Of a stretch of 64,000 bases of DNA, positions 21,201-30,011 are shown one piece after another. The notes beneath the pieces were generated by a model that worked only from the letters and a program-made list of their open reading frames with translations, was not told where the DNA came from and searched no databases. Position 1 is the first letter of the stretch. Every line of letters begins with the position of its first letter. The position numbers were made by a program, and so were the translations under genes. Source of the stretch: Polyangiales bacterium (lineage in GTDB: Bacteria; Myxococcota_A; Polyangia; Polyangiales; Ga0077539); assembly GCA_044229975.1 (NCBI GenBank), contig JBGARZ010000002.1, positions 224,001 through 288,000 of the forward strand, given 5' to 3'.

Positions 21201-21411
21201 GGGTGCGTGTGTGCGAGGGTCGCGTGTACACATTTTCGAGGGGGCGTGTACGGGTTTCACGAGGGGTGTGTACGGGTTCCCGGCCGGGTGTGTCTGGGCG
21301 TTCGAGTGGGTGTGTACGGGTTTCGGAAGGGGTGTGCGTGCCTTACGAGGGGCCGTGTGTGGTCTACGAAGGCTCGTGCGCGGTTTGCGAAGGCTCGTGC
21401 GCGTCGTACGG
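21201..21411. repeat. Degenerate direct-repeat array, 22-bp then 21-bp period
   Basis: GTGTAC-like cores at 21224, 21246, 21268, 21290, 21312, 21334 (22-bp spacing), then GTGTGT/GTGCGC cores at 21355, 21376, 21397 (21-bp spacing). Confidence 0.8.
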
Positions 21412-21522
21412 AGCGCCCGCATCGCTCATCGGGCGTAGGGATGGCGAGCGCACTCGGGCGGCGGCGCCTCGCGGTGCACCGCGAGCATTCTGTTGCCATG
21501 TCCCACGACTACCATGCGGGCG

Positions 21523-21837
21523 TCACCGCGCCGTGCAGCGGCGTAAGACTGTCTCGGGACCAATCGTCGACTGGATCACGATTGCGAAGGGCTCCCACCC
21601 TGCCGTCTCGGGCCGTGGCTCTCGGGAGACCGTACCGCCGATCTTCACCTCCCACTGCGTGCAAGGCATCTCCTGCGCCCGCGCGTCGCGTCCGCCGAGG
21701 ATGCCCGTGTCGTGCGACCCACCGTCGAGCAGACCACCGAGCATCCCCGTGGTGTTGTTCGCTGAGCACGCCATGAACCCGACGTGCAGCACCACCGCGC
21801 CCACCAACATTCCACCCGCCATCTTCATCCGTTGCAT
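21523..21837 (-). CDS. Small putative lipoprotein
   Basis: Hydrophobic leader ending FMAC; GGAGG RBS upstream; terminal Cys pair (CTQWEV...RRC). Confidence 0.6.
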   Translation of the reverse strand: MQRMKMAGGMLVGAVVLHVGFMACSANNTTGMLGGLLDGGSHDTGILGGRDARAQEMPCTQWEVKIGGTVSREPRPETAGWEPFAIVIQSTIGPETVLRRCTAR

Positions 21838-21877
21838 CGCTCGCCTCCGCCGCGGGCGAACTGACGCCCGCGGCGCG

Positions 21878-22180
21878 ATGCTACCGTGCGCCGTGGCCGA
21901 ACAAGCGCCGACGGAGTGCCCACGGTGCGTGGCGGAGCGGCGGGCACGATGGGTGGCGTCTGTCGCAGCCTTCGTGACGTTTCCGGCCCTCCTCGCCGGG
22001 GCCTCCGCTGCCTGTGCGCTGGCGATGGTGGCGTCGTCGCGCGGCCAGCACGTTGATGACCCGGCGTTGGCTGCGACTGGGCTCCACCACCTGCTGATCG
22101 CCGGCGTGGTCGCGCCGGTGGCGGTGGCGCTCTGGTATCTCGCACACCGTCTCTCTCGCCGGGCCGATCACCAGCGGTGA
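21878..22180 (+). CDS. Small hypothetical membrane protein with CxxC
   Basis: CPRC followed by two hydrophobic segments; start uncertain. Confidence 0.4.
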   Translation: MLPCAVAEQAPTECPRCVAERRARWVASVAAFVTFPALLAGASAACALAMVASSRGQHVDDPALAATGLHHLLIAGVVAPVAVALWYLAHRLSRRADHQR

Positions 22181-22374
22181 CGTGGAGAACAACGCCAGGA
22201 GCGGCACCGGGGCGAGCACCCGAGCTGCGTTTGGCCCACAAGCGCGCTTGCTCGGCGTTCCGCTTCGCCACGCACCGAGGGCGCTCCGTCGCGGTCATCG
22301 TGCACTTCGGCATCGGCGAGGGTCGGTGCAGTCACGGGCAGCGATCTCCGCACTACCTGTCCGCCTACGCCGGC

Positions 22375-22857
22375 TCATTCGCTCCGCGCGGAGCGACGAA
22401 ACCGGACGTTCTCCACCTCGAACCCGAGGCTCTCGAACAGTCGACGTGACGGCTCGTTGAACCCCCACGTCTGCGCCTTGAGCTCTGTCACGCCGACCGC
22501 CTGCGCCTCCTGCGCGAGGGCCGCGACGAGCGCGCGGGCGACACCGCGCCGTCTCGCGGTCGGGTCCACGGCGAGCTGGTCCACCTCGCACCAACTGCGA
22601 GCCCGAAGAAAGGCGCTCGCCTCCCGCACCATGAACATCGCCAGCACGTAGCCCACTGCCCTCCCCTCGATCTCAGCGATCCAGACTCGCGCGTTGGGGT
22701 CTGCGAGGCGCGCGGTGAACCACGCGGCGACCGCCTCGGCGCTGGGCGGACCGAAGGTGTCTGGACGCGCGTCGACGTGCAGTTGCTGAACGATGCCGTT
22801 GAGCCGCACGAGCTGCTCGACGTCTCCCACGTGCGCCCGCCGGATGATCGCTTCCAT
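22375..22857 (-). CDS. GNAT family N-acetyltransferase
   Basis: IIRRA start, VDQLAVDPTARRRGVARAL (motif A), NEPSRRLFESLGF. Confidence 0.88.
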   Translation of the reverse strand: MEAIIRRAHVGDVEQLVRLNGIVQQLHVDARPDTFGPPSAEAVAAWFTARLADPNARVWIAEIEGRAVGYVLAMFMVREASAFLRARSWCEVDQLAVDPTARRRGVARALVAALAQEAQAVGVTELKAQTWGFNEPSRRLFESLGFEVENVRFRRSARSE

Positions 22858-23015
22858 GATGGTCCGCGCAGTGTAGTCGCGACCCGCGAGCGCCACCGAA
22901 GCACCCACGTCGCTCTGGAGAGCGTCGCCCACGCCCGCCCAGCGCGGGCGTGGGCGGGTGCTGCGTGCGAACACCGTGGCCATCCCCTCGCACGCTGCGA
23001 TATCTTCCGCGCCCT

Positions 23016-23828
23016 ATGGCGAAATCCAAGACTCCCGCTCCCCGCAAGGCAGGCGCGTCCAGCGCCACGACCACTACCGTGTCGAGCGCCGCTTCGGCGA
23101 AGTTCGATGCCGCCGCGAGGCTTATCCCCGAGGAGGCCGTTCGCAACATCCCGCAGTACCCGCGCGCCTGGCTCGCGTGGGCGGCGGGTGTCGCCGCGGC
23201 CGCCGCCCGGCAGTCCGCCGCGCTCGTGAAGGTGCCGCTCGAAGACGGCCCGCTCACGGCCGAGGAGATCCTCGAGCTCGCGCCCTTCATCGAGTACGTG
23301 CGCTCCACCAAGGGCCGCCTCGACGCCGACCGCACCACCGAGCACGACGTCGACCCGAGCGAGCTCGCGCTGCTCCTCAGCATCCGCGCCGACCAGCAGA
23401 AGATCATCCGCGCGTTTCGCACGCTGCGCTTCCGCCGCAACAAGGTGGGCCTCGGCCTCATCCGCAGCCTCGTGCGCGGATCAGCGCGCGACCCGCAGGA
23501 CGCCGTGCAGGACAACACCGGGCTGCTGAGCCTCTGCAACAGCGTCGACCACGAGAAGTGGCTCGCGAGCCTCCCCAACGGCGAGGGCGCCGCCGCCGCC
23601 CGCCTCTGGGACCGCCACAACGACCTCGTCACCCTCGCCGCCCGCTGGTCCGCGCCGACGGGCGCCCACGAGGCGCGCACCCACGCCCAGCGCCTCTGGA
23701 CCGCGCTGCGCCTCCGCCTGGAGCGCGTTCTCATCGCGGGCCGCTACCAGAACGCCGGTGACCGCGCCCTGCGCGACGAGTACCGGGGCTTCCGCCGCCC
23801 GACCGCGCGCAAGACGAAGAAGAAGTAG
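23016..23828 (+). CDS. Hypothetical alpha-helical protein with basic termini
   Basis: Strong GC3 coding bias; MAKSKTPAPRK...ARKTKKK; no family recognised. Confidence 0.65.
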   Translation: MAKSKTPAPRKAGASSATTTTVSSAASAKFDAAARLIPEEAVRNIPQYPRAWLAWAAGVAAAAARQSAALVKVPLEDGPLTAEEILELAPFIEYVRSTKGRLDADRTTEHDVDPSELALLLSIRADQQKIIRAFRTLRFRRNKVGLGLIRSLVRGSARDPQDAVQDNTGLLSLCNSVDHEKWLASLPNGEGAAAARLWDRHNDLVTLAARWSAPTGAHEARTHAQRLWTALRLRLERVLIAGRYQNAGDRALRDEYRGFRRPTARKTKKK

Positions 23829-23832
23829 TCGC

Positions 23833-25098
23833 TCAGTAGTTTCCGATCACCGCCGGTCGCCGTCGGGAGTGTCGTCGCTCCACCGGCGGCGGCTCTGGCG
23901 GCGCCACCCGCAGCGGTTCCGGCGACGCCACCTGAACATCCTCCAACGGACGATCGCTCGTGCCGGCCTCGTGTGACACCACCGTCGTCGGCACCACCGG
24001 GTCGCGCCTCGTCACCCGCGACGCCGTCGGCGAGTCCTCCTGCACCGCCACAAGCCCGACGAACACCACGCCCGCCACGCCCACCACCGCGGCCACGGCG
24101 CGCGTCGTCGGCACCCGCCGCTGCGGCGGCGGTGGCAGCGCGCCGCGTTCGTCCAGCGTGCGCACATAGTTCTGCGACACCGCGGGGCGTCGCCGCACCG
24201 TCGCCGCGGGTGCGGGCTGGCGGAAGTCTCGCGCCCACGTCACCTGCGCCGTCTGCGACGCGAAGGGCAGCAGCGCCCGACCGAACTCCCGCACCGTCGG
24301 CGTGCGCTCCGCGGGGTCGCGCGCCAGCGCCCGCACCAGCGCCGCATCGAACTCGCGCGGAACCCCGTGCACCACCTTCCCCGGCGCCACGAGGGGCGCG
24401 CTGAGGATGCGATCGAAGGTCTCGAACATCGACGATCCCTCGAACGGAACCACCCCCGCCACGCTCGCATACAGCACCGCGGCGAGGGACCACACGTCGC
24501 TGCGCTCGTCGGTGTCGCGCGCCTCGCGCACCTGCTCTGGGGACATGAACGACGGCGTCCCGAGCACCGACGCCGCGTGGGTGAGCCCGGCGCCGGGCGA
24601 CTTCACCTTCACGATGCCGAAGTCGAGGAGCTTCGGGTGATCGCCGTGCGGCCCCTGCGCGATGAAGATGTTGGCGGGCTTCAGATCACGATGAACAACC
24701 CCCGCCTCATGCACCGCCGCCACCGCGGACAACACCGGGAGCATGAGGTCGACGCCGGCCTCGACGGAGAGTCTGCCCTCGCGCTCCAGGCGATCTTCGA
24801 GGGTCTCGCCGACGAGAAGCTCCATCGCCATGAAGGGCACGCCGTCGACGGAGCCGAGGTCTTGCACGTCGACGATGTGCGGGTGCTGGAGCGCCGACGC
24901 GGTCTCGGCCTCGCGGAGAAAGCGCACCACGGCCTCGGGGTTGCGGGCGAGGTCGGCGTTGAGGACCTTCAGCGCGACACGCTTCCGCAGAGGGTGGCGG
25001 AGCGCTTCGTAGACCGTCCCGAAGGTGCCGCTCCCAAGGAGCGAGAGCACTTCATAGGGGCCGAAGCGAAGGCCGGGGCGGAGGGTTCCTGAGCTCAT
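23833..25098 (-). CDS. Membrane-anchored Ser/Thr protein kinase (Hanks type)
   Basis: LGSGTFG, VALK, HRDLKPAN, DFG, GTPSFMSPEQ, DVWS; one TM segment near the C-terminus. Confidence 0.93.
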   Translation of the reverse strand: MSSGTLRPGLRFGPYEVLSLLGSGTFGTVYEALRHPLRKRVALKVLNADLARNPEAVVRFLREAETASALQHPHIVDVQDLGSVDGVPFMAMELLVGETLEDRLEREGRLSVEAGVDLMLPVLSAVAAVHEAGVVHRDLKPANIFIAQGPHGDHPKLLDFGIVKVKSPGAGLTHAASVLGTPSFMSPEQVREARDTDERSDVWSLAAVLYASVAGVVPFEGSSMFETFDRILSAPLVAPGKVVHGVPREFDAALVRALARDPAERTPTVREFGRALLPFASQTAQVTWARDFRQPAPAATVRRRPAVSQNYVRTLDERGALPPPPQRRVPTTRAVAAVVGVAGVVFVGLVAVQEDSPTASRVTRRDPVVPTTVVSHEAGTSDRPLEDVQVASPEPLRVAPPEPPPVERRHSRRRPAVIGNY

Positions 25099-25189
25099 GG
25101 GGCGCGACAAAATCCCTGAAACCACGATCACCCGATCGTAACTGAACATTTGTACGGTCGCTGAGGGCCGTGGTAGTCCGTTCGCTGCG

Positions 25190-25708
25190 ATGCGCGCTCG
25201 TCGAACCCCGCCTGCGGCCCGTGACGACTACGACGCCTACGACCTCCCTCCCCCCGAGGTCTTCGACGCGCCGGCCGACATGCCCGTCGATGAGCCGCCG
25301 TCCGAGAGCGCGACCTCCGCGGCGCCGTCCATCGCGTTGCCCGCGCGGGTGTGCCTGGTATGCGGCGACGACCCGTCCTTCGATGGGGGATGTCCCCACG
25401 ACGAGGTCGCGACGCTCAGCGCGCTCGACGCGGCGACCCGCGGCCTGCTCGGCGAGCTGCGTGTGCTGCACGAGTCGCTGCGTGCCCAGCAACGGGGCTT
25501 GCGGCGTGTGGTGAGCGATGCGGTCGCGAGCGGGAGTGCGACGGTGGAGGTGCGTGAGCCGCCGGTGGTTCCGACGCGGGTGGTGCTCATTCCGCCGCCT
25601 TCGGCGGTGAAGCGGCCGCGACGGGCGCTGGCCGATGGTGGAGCGCAGGGGCGCTTCGGCTTCGTGGAGATCGTGGCGCCCATCGCCGACCCCGACGTCA
25701 ATCGTTGA
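25190..25708 (+). CDS. Hypothetical protein with putative zinc-binding motif and coiled coil
   Basis: CLVCGDDPSFDGGCPH (CxxC-x9-CxH) followed by a heptad-like helix. Confidence 0.5.
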   Translation: MRARRTPPAARDDYDAYDLPPPEVFDAPADMPVDEPPSESATSAAPSIALPARVCLVCGDDPSFDGGCPHDEVATLSALDAATRGLLGELRVLHESLRAQQRGLRRVVSDAVASGSATVEVREPPVVPTRVVLIPPPSAVKRPRRALADGGAQGRFGFVEIVAPIADPDVNR

Positions 25709-25771
25709 CGGGGGTCGCGTCGAGCGTTCCCCGCGGCGGGCGTCGGCGCTATAAGCCCTCCCCCTCGCGCG

Positions 25772-28453
25772 ATGCCAGCCTCGTCGCCTGACCAACGACC
25801 GTCTCTCACGCGCGGACTCGGACTCTCCGCAGGCATCGTCGCGTTTGGCGGGGTCGGCATCGCGGACGGCGTCCTCGCGTGGTCGCGCGCCCCGCGTGGA
25901 TCGCTCCCCCCATCGCTCGGGCTGCTGGTGGTGCTCCAGTGCGCGGCCATCCTGGTGAGCTTCGGCATCGGGCTGGGTCTGTTGGAAGAGCTGGTGCTGG
26001 TCTCGGCGCGGCGCGTCCCGTGGTTGCAGCGCGTGGGCTCTTGGTGCCTCGGCGGCCCGCGGCGGTGGTTCGCTCGCGACCCCGACGGCGCGGCCATCGT
26101 CGCGTCGACGGCCATCGGGGTGGGCGTCGCGTTTGGCCCGCTGTACCCGCTCGCGCACTCGGTGTTTCACACCTTCCACTCGCGCTCGCTCGCGGCGCTG
26201 GCGGTGTTTCTCGCGCCCTTCGGCTTCGCCCTCGGCGCGATCGTCCTGCTGCTCCTCCTGTCGGGTCCGCTGCGGTGGTTCTTCCACCGCGTCGGGCGCG
26301 TCGCGTCGGTGGGGACGATGCTGTCGCTGTCGCTCTTCGTGGCGGTGGCGCAGTCGGTGCGGTTCTTCTCGCTCAACTGGGCGTCGTTTCGAAACCTCGA
26401 GTTCGGCGCCGTGGCGCTCGGGACGGCGCTGCTCGTCGCCAACGCGCTCGCGCTGCTGGGCTTCGGTCGTCGCGTGCTGCGCCTCGATCGTCCGCTGCGC
26501 TGGCGCGTGCCCTTCGCGCTGATGGTGATGGCGCTCGGGGCCTTCGTGACGTCGGCGTTTACGCTGGGCGCGCGGCAGACGGTGGCGGCGACGCTCTTCA
26601 ACCGCAGCCTCCTCGCGCAGCGGGTGGCGCGCGGCTTTCAGTTGAGCCTCGACCTCGACGGCGACGGCTACTCCGCGGTGTTCAACGGCGGCGACTGCAA
26701 CGACCGCGACGCGCGCATCTCACCGCGGGCGCACGACATCCCCGGCAACGGCCGCGACGAAAACTGCACCGGCCGCGACGCGCGCGTCGAGCGTGACGAG
26801 AGCGACGGTCACATCGTCCCGCTGCCGCCCGACGCGGCGACGCAGCGACCGAGCTTCGTGCTGCTCTCCATCGACGCGATGCGGCCCGACCACATGGGCT
26901 GCTACGGCTACCGCCGACCGACGACGCCCAACATCGATCGCTTCGCGCGCGGAGCGGCTCGCTTCACCAACGCGTACTGCGCATCGCCGCGCTCGCTGCG
27001 GTCGTTCGGGAGCATCTGGGCGGGGCGGTATGCGTCGATGGTTGCGTGGGGCAACGACGTGCAGTTTCCCCCGTTGGAGGCGTCCAACGTGACGCTCGCC
27101 GAGCAGCTCGGGTCGGCCGGGTACGCGACGGCGGCCTTCAACAACACGAGCTACTTCTCGCACACGGCGGGCTTCTTCCAGGGCTTCACGCAGGTGGCCG
27201 AGGAGTACGGGTTCAAGTCCGAGGTGGCTCCCACCATCGCGCGCATCCAGTCATTTCTGCGCGACCACGAGGGCGACCCGGCGCCGTTCTTCCTGTGGTC
27301 GCACCTGATGGAGCCGCACGACCCCTACCGCGACCGCACCGCGCCGCGCGACTTCGGCCACACGCCGATGGACACCTACGACGAGGAGATCGCCGCCGCC
27401 GACGACGCCCTCGGCGCGGTGCTCACGCAGCTCGACGCGCTCGCCACGCGACGTCCGCTGGTGGTGGTCATCTTTGGCGACCACGGCGAGGCCTTCGGCG
27501 AGCACGGCGTCTACCACCACTCCTTCGACCTCCACGAAGAGGCGCTGCGGGTGCCGATTCTCATCCGTGGTCCGGGCATCGCGCCGGGGCCGCGCAACGC
27601 GCTGACCAACCTGTTCGACCTGCACCCGACGCTGCTCAACTTCGCCAACCGCCGACCCGAGGCGCCCGTGTCGGGGCGCTCGCTCCTGCCGGTGCTCTTC
27701 GACCCGTCGCCGTCGACCATCACGCCGCCCGGTTGGCGCACGTCGATGTACGGCGAGGTCACGCCCGACGGGGTGTTTCCGTCGGAGCAGAAGTCCATCT
27801 ATGCGCCGCCGTTCAAGCTCATCCACGACCTGAGGCGCGGGACCTGGGAGCTGTTCGACATCGCGCACGACCGCGGCGAGATCCACAACCTCTACGACGC
27901 GCGCCCCGAGCTCGCGGCCGACCTGCGTGAGCGACTGGTGACGTGGACCGACCACGCCGCCACGGCGGGCAACAGCTCCAACGAGCTCATTGCGGCGGCG
28001 CGGTTGACGGCGGTTCCCGCGAACATCCAGCACCCGATGAACGTGCGCTTCGGCGACATCGCGGAGCTGCTCGGGTACGACCTCCCGGCCGATCGTGTGC
28101 CCATCGAGGGGACGTACCGCGCGGTGTTCTACTGGCGCGTGCTGCGTCGCACGCGGGTGCCGGTGTTGATGGTGACGTCCTTCGATCCGGTGGACGGACA
28201 GCCCATCTGGCCGCTCTTCGTCGCGCGGCACGTTCCCATCTACGGGCGCTACCCGACGACGGAGTGGCGCGCGGGAGAGATTCTCCGCGACGAGGTGACG
28301 TTGCGGGTCGACCCGGAGATGCGCGCGGCGCGGCTGCGAACCTTCGTCTCGCTGGAGATCGCCGAGACCGCGCAGAGGATTCCGCCGCTCACGGTGACGG
28401 CGCCCGACGCGCGGCTGGAGATCACCGCGGTCGACATCCTGCCGCGCCAATAG
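25772..28453 (+). CDS. Membrane-bound sulfatase-like (alkaline phosphatase superfamily) protein with putative metal-binding motif
   Basis: About 7 N-terminal TM segments; DLDGDGYS...DCND...GNGRDENC; SIDAMRPD, TTPNID, HLMEPH, GDHGEAFGEHG. Confidence 0.85.
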   Translation: MPASSPDQRPSLTRGLGLSAGIVAFGGVGIADGVLAWSRAPRGSLPPSLGLLVVLQCAAILVSFGIGLGLLEELVLVSARRVPWLQRVGSWCLGGPRRWFARDPDGAAIVASTAIGVGVAFGPLYPLAHSVFHTFHSRSLAALAVFLAPFGFALGAIVLLLLLSGPLRWFFHRVGRVASVGTMLSLSLFVAVAQSVRFFSLNWASFRNLEFGAVALGTALLVANALALLGFGRRVLRLDRPLRWRVPFALMVMALGAFVTSAFTLGARQTVAATLFNRSLLAQRVARGFQLSLDLDGDGYSAVFNGGDCNDRDARISPRAHDIPGNGRDENCTGRDARVERDESDGHIVPLPPDAATQRPSFVLLSIDAMRPDHMGCYGYRRPTTPNIDRFARGAARFTNAYCASPRSLRSFGSIWAGRYASMVAWGNDVQFPPLEASNVTLAEQLGSAGYATAAFNNTSYFSHTAGFFQGFTQVAEEYGFKSEVAPTIARIQSFLRDHEGDPAPFFLWSHLMEPHDPYRDRTAPRDFGHTPMDTYDEEIAAADDALGAVLTQLDALATRRPLVVVIFGDHGEAFGEHGVYHHSFDLHEEALRVPILIRGPGIAPGPRNALTNLFDLHPTLLNFANRRPEAPVSGRSLLPVLFDPSPSTITPPGWRTSMYGEVTPDGVFPSEQKSIYAPPFKLIHDLRRGTWELFDIAHDRGEIHNLYDARPELAADLRERLVTWTDHAATAGNSSNELIAAARLTAVPANIQHPMNVRFGDIAELLGYDLPADRVPIEGTYRAVFYWRVLRRTRVPVLMVTSFDPVDGQPIWPLFVARHVPIYGRYPTTEWRAGEILRDEVTLRVDPEMRAARLRTFVSLEIAETAQRIPPLTVTAPDARLEITAVDILPRQ

Positions 28454-28469
28454 GGCGGTCAGTGAATGT

Positions 28470-28493
28470 CCGACGCGGGCGAGCGTCGGTCTT
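28470..28493 (+). terminator. Possible weak intrinsic terminator after the sulfatase-like gene
   Basis: CCGACGC-GGGCGA-GCGTCGG stem followed by TCTT. Confidence 0.35.
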
Positions 28494-28521
28494 GCGGGCG
28501 TCGCGCGGGGGGACCTATGGT
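28492..28521 (+). promoter_or_regulatory. Putative sigma70-type promoter of the PARP-retron operon
   Basis: TTGCGG-18 bp-TATGGT, about 30 nt upstream of the PARP ATG; GAGGT RBS at 28541. Confidence 0.4.
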
Positions 28522-28551
28522 GCGGGCCGCGAAGGGCGACGAGGTGCTGTC

Positions 28552-30000
28552 ATGGCGGGTGTGAAGTCGTGGAAGTTTGGTGACGCGAGCGCTCCGGCAT
28601 TTCCCGATGATTTCGAGATCGCGCGCAAGGCGGTGTTGCAGGTCACGGACATCAAGACCAACCACAACAAGTACTACGCGGTGGAGGTCCACCAGGGGAC
28701 GTTGAAGGGCAAGCCGGTGTTCCGTGTGTTCACGCACTACGGGCGCACCGATGACCTGGAGAACAACCCCGAGGCGGGGCAGAAGGAGTGCCGCTACGCC
28801 AACACGCTGGGCGAGGCGCAGGCCATCTACGACGGCATCTATCGCGAGAAGACCTCGGCGGCGAAGGGCTACAAGGAGCTGAGCCTCGCATCGAGCAAGA
28901 TCGGCTCGCAGAAGGCGCGCGGCACGAGCGCGGGCGAGGTCGACGCCAAGACCATCAAGCGGCTCGCCGAACAGAAGGTGGCGCGCGGCGAGGTCGCGGC
29001 GACGACCATCAAGGTGTCCAACCTGAGCCCGACGGTGCAGTCGTTGGTGAAGTTGATCTACGCCGAGGCGACCAACGCGCTGACGACGGCCGTCAACGTG
29101 AAGATCACGGCCAACGGCATCGAGACGCCGCTGGGCATCCTGACGGTGGGGCAGATCGAGAAGGGAGAGTCCATCCTTCAAGACCTGTACAAGCTCTTTC
29201 AACAGGGCTCGAAAAACCGCAACAAGATGATCGACCTGTCGGGGGACTTCTATACGACCATCCCGCATCGCATCGGTCGCACGCGGGCCGCCATCGATGA
29301 AGCGGTGATCGACACGATGGAGGACTTCGAGGCCAAGCAGGAGACCCTTCAGCTCATGAAGGACATGCTCCAGGTCAACGGCGACGGCGGATCGGTGCTC
29401 TTCGAGAGCAAGGTCGACGAGCAGTACGAAGCGCTCAAGTGCGGCATCACGATGCTGGAGCGGTCGAACCCGACCTACGACGAGATCGAGCAGTTCGTCC
29501 TGAAGAGCCAGATCAAGACGAAGGCCATCAAGGTGAAGAACGTCTACACCCTGCGGCGCGCTGGCGAGCACGAGGTGTTCACCAACCACATCGACAACCA
29601 GCGGCTGCTCTTCCACGGCTCGCGCATCAAGAACTGGGTGGGCATTCTCTCGCGCGGCATCCTGATGCCGAAGATCGTCGTGAGCATGGGCGTCAACCGC
29701 ACCGACGCGGGCTGGCTCGGCAACGGCATCTACTTCGGCGACGCGTCGTGCACGAGCGCGTTCTACACGTCGCCGGCGAAGTCGGGCGCGCGCTTCATGG
29801 CGCTGGCGAAGGTCGCGCTCGGCAAGATGAAGCCGTACACGAAGATCACCTACGGCATCGCCGAGGCGCCCGCGGGCTTCAACTCCTGCCACGGCGTGCG
29901 AAACCAGAAGGGCAACGACTCGCAGTTCTCCGATGACGAGTACGTGATCTACGACTCGCGTCAGCAGCGCCTGGATTACCTGGTCGAATTCACGATGTAG
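28552..30000 (+). CDS. Poly(ADP-ribose) polymerase (WGR + regulatory helical + catalytic ART domains)
   Basis: NHNKYY...THYGRT (WGR); PLGIL and FYTTIPH (regulatory); LLFHGSR, GIYFG, DDEYVIYD (H-Y-E triad). Start moved to ATG 28552. Confidence 0.92.
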   Translation: MAGVKSWKFGDASAPAFPDDFEIARKAVLQVTDIKTNHNKYYAVEVHQGTLKGKPVFRVFTHYGRTDDLENNPEAGQKECRYANTLGEAQAIYDGIYREKTSAAKGYKELSLASSKIGSQKARGTSAGEVDAKTIKRLAEQKVARGEVAATTIKVSNLSPTVQSLVKLIYAEATNALTTAVNVKITANGIETPLGILTVGQIEKGESILQDLYKLFQQGSKNRNKMIDLSGDFYTTIPHRIGRTRAAIDEAVIDTMEDFEAKQETLQLMKDMLQVNGDGGSVLFESKVDEQYEALKCGITMLERSNPTYDEIEQFVLKSQIKTKAIKVKNVYTLRRAGEHEVFTNHIDNQRLLFHGSRIKNWVGILSRGILMPKIVVSMGVNRTDAGWLGNGIYFGDASCTSAFYTSPAKSGARFMALAKVALGKMKPYTKITYGIAEAPAGFNSCHGVRNQKGNDSQFSDDEYVIYDSRQQRLDYLVEFTM

Positions 30001-30011
30001 GGAGAGTTGCC

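Noticed and set aside
21201..21411. CRISPR array
   Set aside because: Units are contiguous and degenerate with no unique spacers, and there are no cas genes in the window
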